Positions 50,801 through 62,500 of a stretch of DNA of 64,000 bases are shown here, in pieces. This stretch comes from Phoronis australis (lineage: Eukaryota; Animalia; Phoronida). The notes under the pieces are model-generated. The model did no database searches and was not told where the DNA came from. It was given only the letters and a program-made list of their open reading frames with translations. Numbering within the stretch: position 1 is the first letter of the stretch; each line of letters starts with the position of its first letter. Both the position numbers and the translations under genes were made by a program. The stretch spans positions 254,982 through 318,981 of the forward strand of contig NMRA01000377.1 of the NCBI GenBank assembly GCA_002633005.1, written 5' to 3'.

Positions 50801-52310
50801 CATAGGGGGTTGGGGGGGGCTATAGCCCCACTTTTTCAGTGCTGCATCGCCCATGTAGAAGCTTCACGACTAGGTGACGAGCAGAACAACCCAGGCTGTG
50901 TGAAAATTTCGGGGTCTAATGGAACTCAACACACAGCGTTACCTAGATGTATTTTGACAATAGTCTTCATACAGCTAGCTGGCTGCCTAAGATCAGGGAG
51001 AATCAGATATCCCCATCATCAAATCTCAAGGAAGCAGTGGAATTCTCCTGATATGTCGAAATTCCTTTGGAACTGCTGAAAAATGACACCGGGGCGGCGA
51101 TCAGGATGTTTCGTGATTTGACGACTTATCCAACTCCGTCACCGATCAAGTCTTATCGCTTGAATTCAACTAAAAGAGTTCTGGACGGGTTTCAGCTATG
51201 CTTGGCACTTGACAGTTCAGATACAGAGAAAGTATTTTGGATAAACGGTGAACCATACAAAAAGACAGTGACAGACAAACATGAGTGAAAGAGAAGTTTT
51301 AAATAATATTCAATAAATATTTTAAATAATATTTAATAAATATACTGGGGAACCCAATGTTCGTCCGCCTAAGCATAAAACCGACTTGCTGTTGTACTCA
51401 CCGAATTATTCCACTTCAAAGTTATGATCTGAATAGGATTCGATTTAACTCTCACAGATATACCGCATTCATCGATTCGGAAGTTTTCTTTAATTTGTGC
51501 CGAGTTATTTCAAATGTGCACTGCCTTCGGCAGCCATTTTATTGTGACACCTAAGTTCGTCATATGCTGCCCCCTTTTGTAAAAACTGAGAAACATGCAG
51601 AAAAAGGCCAACGAAGTAATGAAAATTGCAACAGCCTGTTTTTATTGACATAAACTCGATTTGAAGCTTTGATGTTGAGCTCTGCACTGTGGTTTCCAAT
51701 AAAAGCCAATTGGACAACATTTCAATGCAGTTTAATGGTGAACGTGAGGCAAAAATGTTAAGAACCCAGCGTATCGCATTTGTCTGCGGATTTTTCCTTT
51801 GGCCTTCTAGATCCTACTAGTGCCTGGGACAAACAGATACATTGCATAAACAAACCCTGGATCATGTTTTGTGTCCCGTCGGAAGAAAATTTAAATTCGA
51901 AAACATCTTCTGAAAACGCACAAAAAAGTGTATTAGTAAAATCTACTGATTTTTAAGTGGTTTTAAAAAACAATCGGTAAACTCACCGATTTTTGTCTCA
52001 TTACTTTGATACTTGTCTCTTCCGATAAGTTAGTACCTAACGTGCAGACGAGCACTCCAAATTGGAACGCTAAGTCCCGCGTGGTTGCGCTGCACGCGAA
52101 ACAAGATGGCGGACGAACTTTGGAGCCTGACGAAAATAGGTAACCGGACTATATTATAATTTTCCTCACCTTACAAAACCAAAGTGTCAAGCAATTTCTT
52201 GTGAGAATAAGAAAGAGGGATCTGTCCTTGTTACTTGCAATGTGTAGAGGGGTTCCTTGCTCTTTTCTCTGAAAAGACAAATGTTTCGGCCATCCAATTG
52301 GAAAATACAT
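14845..52310 (-). CDS. RIC1: RIC1, RAB6A-GEF complex partner protein 1, complete, about 30 coding exons, about 1446 aa
   Basis: Phase-consistent GT-AG exons in transcript order: 52170-52310 (MYFPIGWPK), 49663-49770, 40390-40478, 40126-40239, 39465-39607 (FSVDLQQSR), 37569-37702, 36680-36771 ([13 protein letters not shown]), 35405-35493, 34949-35093 (WSPDG..WSVFG), 33690-33912 (WGAEGYHLW), 32435-32665, 31842-32042 ([11 protein letters not shown]), 30872-31037, 30014-30121, 28940-29070, 28002-28227 ([17 protein letters not shown]), 27358-27476, 26631-26677, 25678-25802 ([12 protein letters not shown]), 24817-24959 ([12 protein letters not shown]), 23995-24081 ([13 protein letters not shown]), 22669-22753, 19585-19837, 19032-19196, 18481-18602, 17924-18028, 17681-17839, 16892-17069, 15537-15725, 14845-15067 (ends CVVS*). 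Total 4341 nt. The exons at 17681-18028 are the least certain. Confidence 0.96.
20345..20591 (-). mobile_element. tRNA-derived SINE
   Basis: Minus strand begins GGAGGCAGTGTGGCCTAGTG (A box) ... GGGTTCGAGTCCC (B box), then a non-tRNA body and a T-rich end. No intact cloverleaf. Confidence 0.6.
25853..26110. mobile_element. Palindromic MITE (GGGxCTGTTTC terminus family)
   Basis: CTGGGGACTGTTTCTCAAA..AATGGCTTCTGTCTTC at left pairs with GAAGACAAAAGCCATT..TTCGAGAATCAGGCTCCTG at right. Confidence 0.5.
27072..27174. mobile_element. ~100-bp hairpin MITE family (TTGAGAACCAG...CTGGTTCTCAA core), copy 1
   Basis: Inverted arms around a short spacer. Related copies at 44825-44915, 52666-52762 and 57965-58050. 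Confidence 0.65.
31534..31790. repeat. Purine-rich (GA/GGA) low-complexity tract
   Basis: Almost purely A/G on the plus strand, including a long G run at ~31633-31643. Lies in a RIC1 intron. Confidence 0.85.
37727..37852. repeat. 25-bp minisatellite (CACTCATAAATTGTCCTRCACAGTC) x5
   Basis: Head-to-tail copies with 1-2 substitutions and no spacers. Confidence 0.9.
38800..39070. repeat. Degenerate ~20-bp minisatellite (CAATATTATTCAAGCTTGG-like), about 12 copies
   Basis: Recurrent AATATTAT.CAAGCTT period visible across the interval. Confidence 0.8.
40870..40941. repeat. 19-bp tandem repeat (GCTAAGGCGCTAAAAAGTT) x~4
   Basis: Directly visible tandem copies. Confidence 0.8.
41575..43846. repeat. 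~1.1-1.2 kb tandem duplication joined by a single N (probable haplotype artefact)
   Basis: 41575-42775 aligns to 42777-43846, with N at 42776. The second halves are nearly identical. The first halves differ by scattered SNPs and a ~130-bp indel. Confidence 0.9.
41930..42485 (-). mobile_element. Possible solo LTR (also present in the duplicate copy, ending at 43555)
   Basis: Minus strand starts TGTCACA and contains a short tandem repeat, CTATAAA and later AATAAA in LTR-like order. The 3' end and TSD are not resolved. Confidence 0.3.
44825..44915. mobile_element. ~100-bp hairpin MITE family, copy 2
   Basis: AGATATAATGTGC..TTTTGAGAACCAG / CTGGTTCTCAA..GCACATTATATCT inverted arms. Confidence 0.65.
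45750..46033. mobile_element. Palindromic element made of two divergently oriented tRNA-like (Pol III A/B box) units
   Basis: 45750-45880 is reverse-complementary to ~45902-46033. Each arm carries GGTCCTCAGTAGCTCAGT.GT.AGAGCACTAGACYGGCAATCTAGAGACCTGTGGTTYGATTCCCAGTTG. Confidence 0.75.
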
Positions 52311-52510
52311 GATGGAAAATCCTCTCTGTATTCAATCTAGTACGCTCTTCGAACTTCGTTTCGTGTCCGCCATGTTTTCATGTAGCAGTTCCGGTAGAAG
52401 TTTCTAAGCTATGGAAGTAAAATAATCATTTCATGTTTGCAAATCTATGGGACTCTAAAGGTATTGCGCACGAAATTCGGGTGGTTTTCATCCCTCAAAT
52501 AAGGTAGAGA
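52311..52510. promoter_or_regulatory. Probable bidirectional promoter region of RIC1 and the NACHT gene
   Basis: CpG-enriched relative to flanks, YY1-like CGCCATGTT (~52368), ETS-like TTCCGGT (~52389), plus-strand donor-like AAG|GT sites at ~52460 and ~52503. The genes diverge from here. Confidence 0.45.
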
Positions 52511-52665
52511 CAAAATCGTAGTTTTTCAAGATTGTGCAGAATTTATGACAAATGGTAAAACTTTTGTTTAGACTTCTGTTGAAGCTGCTATGTGATGTGT
52601 CATGTGTGTGTGTTTTATTTATGTTGGATTGGATCACCTAACCCAGCTAGAGCTAGATCACTGGT

Positions 52666-52762
52666 CGGATACGAGGGATAAATGTCCCTGATTTAGAGAA
52701 CCAGGCAATAAGGATGAATCAGGATGAAACTGGTTCTCAAACTCAGGGACCGCTATATCCGA
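52666..52762. mobile_element. ~100-bp hairpin MITE family, copy 3
   Basis: TCGGATA..GTCCCTGA..GAGAACCAG / CTGGTTCTC..TCAGGGAC..TATCCGA. Confidence 0.55.
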
Positions 52763-53576
52763 CAAGTGCCCTATAATAGTATATCACCGAGGGACTGATT
52801 AAAGGTGCCCTGCACAAAACTTCTTCATGAAAATGAGAGAAGTCAAAAGATGAGGAAGTGTATAGAAATGAAACAGAAAACCACTGCTTAGCCACTGTAA
52901 TGCAAAATGTCGTATTTTCATTTTTTTACTTATAGTAGTTGTTGAGTCAAATCAAATACCAAACCTAGAGTCGAACCTGCCCAGTATCAGCTAGCCTTAA
53001 GCTTTCTCATGGCGATGTGGATAAAAAACAGGCCAAACAAAATGAATGTCATTAAAAACTTCACTCTTCCTTGAGTAAAATGAATTAGTTACAAGTCCAA
53101 AAAGTGCCACTTTATCGTTATTCAGCTGTCAAATTCGTGGAGCGATCTATTGCCTCGGCTTTCTAGCGCCATGACTTAGTAGCATCAGTTTCTTTTTTTG
53201 CCAATTCTTTAATCAATTTCTTCTTGCACTAGGTTGCGTACATGTCACCACAAATTATTGGATGGCCATGTGCAGTGGTGGTGAGAGTTTTGAGCAAGAC
53301 GGTGCAAATTTCTTTAACTTTCAGGCCATGAATCATCCGGAAAACAATGAAGACAATATGAATGAACGTTGAGAAATGGTCATTTTTATTATTTGTGACT
53401 GAAATGAGAGATCTTTGCTAGATAATCAATACTAAAGATTTCGAGCATTTCTAGCATTGTCCTGTGCCAGGGCTCTTGAGATTTCTGATTAACAGTAATG
53501 ACCACTCATTGTTAACTCTGTTTCATCTCTCTCTAGTAGCTTTACAATGGCGGATGAATGATTTGACGTGATCAAT

Positions 53577-56500
53577 ATGGCAGAAGCCTCGTACGTTCTG
53601 TTAGATGACCAAGCCAATCACCAGGAAGCACCAAAGAAGATCTTTGTCTTTGTGACTTCACATCACAAAAATTTCACCCCGGAAAGAGATGTGATCTTTA
53701 AAGAGGTATTATTAGCTATTATTATGAAATAGTATTTTCAACCTTTTTCTTTAATGCAGTAGAAATTGCAGACTGTACTAAAGTGACATTTTCTGTCCTG
53801 TATGTGATAGCTTTGTTTTGCCTTGTTGATTCTCTGTTCTACTTGGACCATGTATTATGGTATGGTTCTAATTTATGCATTACACCCTTGAGATCTGAGG
53901 TTTTCCTCACGCCAATAAAATTTTGGTTCAGTTACACCGGACTTGATCATGTTACTGCTACTAAACGATTAGATGATGTTTTAACCATTAACTTTGCTTT
54001 AGTTTTTGTTACTCGGTATTAGATTGTATGGTGTCTATACTATGCTGAATACTCATTAAATTGGTGTATGTAATTGTGTTATGACTAAAATGTACTGTAG
54101 TCAGTGCCCTGTTTTCCAGGTACTGACAGACCTCAGAGTGTGGTGCGAGGTGCGTTGCCTTCAACTGACCGAGTGTGACTTTCAGTGGGTTAGTATAGAC
54201 GTATCGTGTACATGTCAGTCAATGAATGTTACAGTGGTTGTCTTGGCCTACTGTACATCATGTCAGTCACCGTACTGGTTGTCTTGGACTACTGTACTTG
54301 TCAGTCACCGTACTGGTTGTCTTGGCCTACTGTACATGTCAGTCAACGTACTGGTTGTCTTGGCCTACTGCACATGTCAGTCACCGTACAGGTTGTCTTG
54401 GCCTACTATAGGTCATTTAATGCTGCTAACATGAAAAATGGTTTCACTTAAAGTGTTTGTGTACTCAGTTGAGATCCGTTTGCCCTATTGTCTTACATAT
54501 TGGGATACTTTTTGCTGTTGTTAAATTGAATGACATTCTGTTTGCCTGCCTATAATGTTTCAATACATGAACAGGCACATGAATTACTGTTAGATGAAAT
54601 AAACAGTTGAAAAAAAAACACAAATCGAAATGTAAAACTAAAAGTCAAGCACATAGGATCACAGATTTTAAAAGAGGTAAAATCATTAAAATGACAACTT
54701 TGCCATTTTTTAATCAGCGTCATTTTCCTTCAAACATTTAAATTCAAAATCAATACAAAACATTAACGCTGAAATAAAAAATTTAAAAAATAAGATATAA
54801 TTGCCTTGAAAATTTCTCTGCAATTCTTTAGTTGTTTCTCTGTGACTTTGTCTGTGTTTCATTTGGTCAATGCAGTATGTCCTTTTAGATGCTGTTGAAA
54901 TCCTATGATATTGCATTGATGTTGTTATTTGTAAAATATCTATATTAATTACTTTCTGTTCTGACATGTACAAAGAGTTATTTGTATTTCTAACGAGTTA
55001 GCTGTGCTTGCTGCAAAAATATCATTGATGGGAAAAGCCAAAAATGTAAATTAGAAAGCTACTGCAGTAGGACTCAATATGGCAGTCAGGCAAAATTTTA
55101 TTTTCTTAGTTTTTTCATAAATGATACATATTGCTAAAATGATACTTTTCCATATTCATATTCTGTACTGTCAGTAGATACCACCAGAAAATTACTTTGC
55201 ATTGTGATCCTTCACAACAATGTTTGAACCCTTGAAAAATGGGGAAAGTGCTACTTTGGCAATTATCTGTGTCCAACATTGATGTGGTTTTACCGTATAC
55301 CTTGTTTTAGGGACTTAAACCAGTTCTCGATCTGTCACTTACTGATGCACTTCTGGTGTCTCACTTGAAACAAGATTCAACTAAAAACACACAGTCACTC
55401 ACTGTGTCTTAAATGGATCCTGTGGTTCTTGGCGGGCAGTCTTTCCCCACAGTTGTCGTTTAAGGTTTCGCATGACACTAGAAAAATGTCCAAATTTGGC
55501 TTAACTTCAAACCATCATATTGTCAAGAGATAATATGTTTACATCACCCAATTAATGACAGATTTGTAAAAAGCCAAAAATCAAATTCCTCAGGATTTCT
55601 GCTTTCAGAAAATATATACTTTTACCGAGATAAAATCAGTTTATTGATATTTTGCTCTATAGTTGCACAGACTTGTCTATGAGGTTCTGAATTACTCATC
55701 TAATTTGACAGGCAAACTTGGCAGCTTTGCAGACTTTGTTTTGCATTTTTCGAATTTGCTCCAAAGTCTTAGAGTTGATGAGGGTTACAGAGCCTGATTT
55801 TATTTAGTAGATCGGGAAAGTCCTTGTTCATGTCTGTTATCAGGCCACAGTTTTAGTATCCTTTAAACCTTTAGTCTAATTAATTTTATGTTCCTTTTAG
55901 GGTAACTTCATGAGCAAAAGAGAACAGGAAGCAATTCTTAAAGACATTCAATCATGCTACTACAATGGAATAAAGCCCTTCTTTATTAACATCTCTAGGT
56001 GAGTACAACTCGTCTGTTCCAATCAATGGCATGTTTATTTATTTAATTGTACAGAAATAATCATTAAATTACAATTTGTTTAATTATTTAATGCCATTAT
56101 TGTTCTTGCTATTGCTGAAAACATTGACACACCTATGCTAGTATTATTTATTAAATGTGTTAATGGTGCGTTGTCATGCCAACAGTGAAAACCTTGGCTG
56201 GGTGCCCCAGGTAGGCCGGGCCCCCAAACATGTGATCAAGCAATATTGCAAATCTCTGCACGTGACGAGCACCGAGCAGGAGGTCTTACGCTGTGCCTAC
56301 AGGGACGACAATGAGAACGGTATGAAAAATTTCTTGCCTCACCTAATTCGCATCCTGTTAGTTTCGCACTTTGAATAACACCGATGCAAACCACAGTCAT
56401 TAGTTCTAGTAATACACTCTTCTTTAATTAAAAATTGTTAATGAGGTCTGAACATTGTATAGTGTATTCACCACGTAATTCATCCATTTGAATATGGAAT

Positions 56501-59500
56501 ATCTCATGCTGTTGTGAATATGAAGAGATGAGTCATATGTTCGAAAGATTGTTTAGCCAACAATGAGGTAAAGTGTTCTAATTGGAAGAGGACAAAGTAA
56601 TTTTAGCTAATCACAGCTGTTAATTGGAATAGGTTGGCAACCTTTGTAACTCAGTTAATTTCACCCACCTGTCAGCTACGAAGTTCGTATATTCAGTTAA
56701 TTTGGCGCGCATTAACTATCAGAAAAATAAATTAATTTTGTTTTGTGTGAAATGAGTCGAAAAATTTACGAGCCTCTGGCAATTTGAAGGATAGCCAGGT
56801 CTGAAAGTAGTCGAGTTTTGTCACCGTGGCAATGAGTTCTCCTTTAAGAGCCTAATACATTCCAGTTATACACAATACGAAACTCTGAAACATTTACTTA
56901 ATCTCCTGTTTTTGTTCCCTTGTAACATGTATCTTTTTGTTGCTCCAGTATTGTACTTACTGCGACAAGAGCCTTCAAGTAACGACATTGATGACGACGA
57001 GAAGGATTGCGATACAACCGATACAGCGCACCTGGTGGACAGAAGTGGTCATGACCTTACACACGTACAGGTAAACACTAACTGCACTTACAAGTAGAAT
57101 GGTTCGGAATTGTCTGCATGGTTACGTAGCACACTCTTCTTGCATGTGGATTGCCGTATTCTCCCTGAAGAGGGCAGTAGAACTGGATTTTAAGAGCTTC
57201 TCCTTCATGTCACGTTTAACGTAGAATTTAAGGATATTCACCATTTTTGATGAAAAGTTGTTTTACTTCTACTTCTTGGTAAGTGAATAAGTTCAATTTA
57301 CTGATTGTTTTGTGTACCCCCATGAACCATGAACCGCGTTGAAATTATTTGTGGAAAAAGGAGACTAGATTGCGCAAGTCTTGACTTGTCCAGAAAGTGT
57401 GGAGTGACGCAGTGATAAGGATATGGAGGCTGACAGTGCTAATTCCACAATGCTAAAAACAAGTATTTTTCTGTAACGTTCCTACAAACTCTCTGACATT
57501 GGTGAGCAAAGTTCTGTTATGTCAAAGGACAGAAGGATCTCTGGAAATGATTTAAAGTCGGTAATTCCATTCATCAGAGTTCGCACTTATCCTCCTCAGC
57601 CGTGTTGCCTTTTGTGTATAAATGCAATCTTGTTCAGTTCTTTGAAACCTTAGCTCCATTCCAACCTTGGTCAAAACAAGTTGAGAGTAATCGGTGAAAT
57701 GAAGTGGTCTACTTTGAACATTGGATTTGTTAACGTGACTTTACAAGAACAGGAAATGGTTAATGAAAGAAAATGTCGATTACATTCCGTGTTTTTTCAG
57801 GAGGACAAGATTTTTACCTATTCACATGTGCATGATGGAAAGGGAAGTCGTGCTTTGGACTCGAAGGTTGTGGAACAGGTGAATTGTATTGCTATGTTAT
57901 CGAGAGCAATATGCAAATTACTTAAGGCAAACAAGCACACAGCATACGATCCGGCAATTGTCTGATATAACGTGCCCACATTTTGAGAACCAGTTTGATA
58001 CCTATTATTCAGGGGGAAAACTTATTCTCAAAATGTGTGGTGCGTTATAGATTGTATCATATTGACAGGCGATACAATAACTTGATGCTATCATAAAATA
58101 ATAAAGTTAACGCAATCTTATAATTAGTACTAAAAACATAATTCTGTAAAATTACTGAAACACAGTTTGTATGAAAAATTTAAAATATGTTTGTTTACTA
58201 CTGTCTGTTTGTGTTCTAGATCGCCACGTTTCTCAGGACTTCGATTGCACGGGATCTCCCACAGAGCAGCATTTCGACTACTGACATGGTCGCTGCACAA
58301 CACGCCTTCGTAGAATGTCGCAGCCAATTGGTAATAGGACAAGAGGCAGCTGTAACTCAGGTAGTTGGAGCCATTTATTATATAATGTATGTATTATATA
58401 ACTTGGATTTTCTCCTCTAGTTACAAAAATTATGTTAACTTTATTATTTGACAACGAGGGACAAACAATACAATGTGTTGTATGATGTGTTTATTCAGGC
58501 TAAAACCTAACAGTTACTGTTATGCAACTGGTCTCCACAGGAACCTGATAAAAGAAAAATATTAAAAATCGTGTTTGTTAACAATGGTGTATCTGAAGAA
58601 AAATTTGTATGATTTGTACAATTCCAATGTTAACAAGAAGTCTGACACAAATGAGTGAAAGACTGTACAGTTAAAAATATTAAAAATTGTTAAATATTAC
58701 CCAGGTACCTGGACTTAATATTAATTGAATTACTTTGATGGATGTCAAAATCGAGATTGTTTCATAGCAAATCACCGGAGTGAGAAAAGGTGCCGAGTTG
58801 GTTAGAGTTGTCTTGAGTTTGTTTAATTGCTCAAGAATGAATTTACAAGTCAATCTGTCACTGAAATTATGTTCAAGGTGCATTGTACATCAGCAAGTCT
58901 TGGTGAGTGATTGTGTTGTTGTGGCTTTGTGTTTCCAGATCATCGATTACATCCAAAATGGTGATAAGGATGTTCCCCTTGTGATTCTGGGTGGCCCAGG
59001 CTCCGGGAAGTCGTCGTTACTCTGCAAAGCTGTCAAAACTGTTGCGAGTCGACTGGAACAAAACTCTCTCTATGGGTAAATATGATTTGTTTTGAGGATA
59101 AGTCAGAATGTAAACCTCAACTGAGGCTACATAATGTTTTAGCTATAAACATGACTCTATAATTGAATTTATCAAACAATGCAATTATAGCTTTTTCACT
59201 GGTTTGTTCATATCAGCAAAATGTTTGAGGAATGTGTGTGTAGCCACCATTTACAGTCATATTCTTTTGCTGTCAATATAAACATTGCTAGACAGATTGG
59301 AATAACGGTTGTTCTATGATTGATTTCCCTTCAAATGTCTGTAATGCCAAGTATCATCTTCAAAGTCTAATCGATCTTTTAATTTTCAAGTCATCTTTTC
59401 GAATTTCCTGAAACTTTCTTGAAGTGTGGCATGCTATTTGTTGGATTTGGAGTCAAGTCTCCTGTAAATTTTGATGGTCACTGAACTACATCACGCCAAG

Positions 59501-62500
59501 TACTTACACATTGACACCATCAATGTTGAGTTTTCTTTGAGTTGAATTTGCACCAGACATTGCAGCTAGTCACAGTGCCATTAGAGTAACAATTTGCTTT
59601 GCGGCAGTAAGTGATGGGGTGGTTCTCATTGTTATTTCGTAGGTGTGGTGGCAAAAGTTGGCAGATGTTTTACCATTTTGTGGGAGCCGTGCCTGGCTCT
59701 ACTGATCTGGAGACCATGTTGAAAAGGTTGTTGAAGACACTCTGTGTTGTTTCTGTAAGTTGAATGTAGTGCTTAGTCTGATCTTAAGTTATGATTTGGG
59801 ACACATTGATTGATTTCTTGTATCTTAGCTATTAATTTTACCCTAGCATCTATCCTATTTACCTGCCAGTGGGCTCTGTCGATAATTTTTTCTGGCCATG
59901 TTCTAGCATTCTTTGGCTAATGAGTACAGGTGTATGGTACACTGTAACACCTGAAGATTACCCAAGAAATGACCGACCGAAGTGTCGTGCCATTGCAAAT
60001 ATGCTATAAGTTGGTGTAAATTGGCCAATAGAATAGAAATGATGTTACTACTTCACCAGATTGCATTATACCGGTTTCGTACAGAGATTAGTCCATCCAC
60101 TTTGAGAATAAATTACTGGGTAGATATTTTGGCCATGCCAATAAAACCTGATACTGTGCTTGACTTAATACACTGTCAGCATTATTGTATTTTGGATTTG
60201 CTTTTAAAATGTGTTGGTAAAAGTGATGTGACATTTCTGCATCACCGGTGGCAAATTTCCAATGCTGCAGTAACGTAATGAGAAATACGCCTGGTCACTA
60301 GATGGCGACAGTGTAGTTGGTGGACATTGGTCAGCATTCTTATATGGACTAATGCAGTGAGATATTTCCAGCTTTTTTATAAATTTTCTGTGACCGTCAT
60401 GCTGTCAAATTGCCACCGTTGTGTGGTGGGATATTGAAACGATTCTCACGAATGAAATGTTCATCCAAAAATGTCAGTAAATGAAATTATGTTTTGTCCC
60501 AGTCAAGTTGGCCCATCTTACACACTTGAATAGAAACTGTGTCAAACAAAGTTTGCTTCTGTCCTCCCACAATAGTTTCATTTAGAACGTTACCTATAGG
60601 GCTTCTTATATCTAAATTTTCAATGAAATTTTAGCGAATGTGAGTTTTTCAATACTGGCATGCAGAGTTTTGTTAACTTTGTTGTCTTGTAATCAACAAC
60701 AATCTTTTTTAAATTTTTTAATATTAAAAACAAAAACGTGATTTTAGAATGTATTTGTCATTAAATGTAATCATATTACAGGACTCTGATCTCCCCAAGG
60801 ATGTGCAGGCTGCCTGTCAATTATGTTGCTCAGCTCTTGGCAACCAACAGACTCCTCCCACTATTGTAGTGATTGACTCATTGAATCAGGTAAAATTAGT
60901 GCTATAAAACCTGTTAGCCCTTTGCTTGTGGCCTCTACTGAGTAGGATTTGGAAAGAATCATTTTCGTTTTTAACATTAATTATTATCTAAAATTAAAAT
61001 AAAAATTATGTGTCTCACAGTATGCGGTTGAAGTAAAAAATTATGAAGAAATTTTAATATAAAGAAGGTGAGGATTGGGTAAAAAATGAGGAATTTTATT
61101 TAATTATACGGAGTAAATTAATAATATTTTACTCATGAGTAATTTGAATGCATAAATCACGACAGCACATTTGAGTGGGATTATTTTTGTTCCTCGTGAA
61201 TGCTTAGACAGTGACATGAGCTAGCCAGCTGCTTTCTGTTTTGTTGTTGCATTCTGACTCAGTCTTTGGAATTTGGTACTTACTGTTGTCAGTTTTCACA
61301 TCGTAACATCCAACATAGATGGGATATTTGGAAAGTAATCAACATAATCATAATTCCTCTTTAATGAAATTTTATTGCGGGTTCTTCCTGTAACTACAGT
61401 AAACGCCAAAAGTATTCAGACAAAATTACCCAGAATTCCCCGTCATGGCGGCTAGGTGGCAGCCGATATTCATCATCAGTATAGCCTTCCATAATGACTG
61501 AGTATGAATGGTAATTAGCGGTAACGTTAGTAAGGTTGATAGGTTATTCTGCAATAACAATTTTGTTGCCACCACAAAGGTTATTACCAGTTAACAGAAT
61601 GTGCCGTCATACTAGGGAAACAGTATTTTGTCTGATTACTTTTGTCTGTCGTAATGGGAGTTGTGAAACTTGTGAAATGCCATTTTTGATTTTTTTCTGA
61701 TTTGCACTTTTAAGTTAGTGTGAGTCCGTGTACGTTCAAGAAGCAAACTTTTGATCTAGACTTTTTAATTAGTCAGATGTAAAAATGGTCTCAACGAGAT
61801 GCAAAGTAATTTCTGAGTTTGGTAACTTAATAAACCTCGAGACCATGCTCTGCTTATGAAATGACAATTGGACATTTTTTAAAAACCAAATGGTATCTGT
61901 TATCAAACAAATCCTGTTCAACTTTTACAAAAATATTTTGTTTAATAGTTTCCCGAAGATTTGCCAGCTACCGTGCTCAGCTGGTTGCCAAGGAAACTGG
62001 GCCCTCAAGTGCGGTGCATCCTGTCAATGATTGACAATACCCCACCCCACCAGACTCTGATTGGTCGAGAGTCAAGACCCCAGGAGCTCTACATAAAACC
62101 CTTGGATATGACCACTAGGAAGGTAAGCAACAGTTGAGTGATTAATTTGTAAGCAGGAGTATGTTTCATGTAAAGTGACTTAAGACTTCAGACAGAAATT
62201 TGATCTTATGATCTCAGAGATTTTGATAGTTATGTATAAGATCAAATTTCTGCCTGAAATCTTAAGTCACTTTTCATGAAACAGGACCCTGGTCTTTTTT
62301 ACATTCACATTTATTGACTTAATGAGGATGAGTCTGGTGTACATAAATATTGAGTGTGTATTGATTGTTGATCTTGGGGCGTTCCTTTGCCCTGCTTTAG
62401 TTGAATACTGGCAGATGTAGGCAGTAAAGGTGTGAAATAATTCTTTGTGTGATTACTGATTGGCATTCTTAGAATTGAAATCACGGTGTAACCAGTTTAA

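Noticed and set aside
46351-51720. Nested protein-coding gene in RIC1 introns 1-2 (ORFs 46593-46934, 47799-48149, 50681-51079, 51067-51288)
   Set aside because: No recognisable domains, and I could not build a phase-consistent exon chain.
37727-54410. CRISPR-like arrays at 37727-37852, 38800-39070 and 54206-54410
   Set aside because: Head-to-tail minisatellites with no unique spacers, in eukaryotic introns, with no cas genes.
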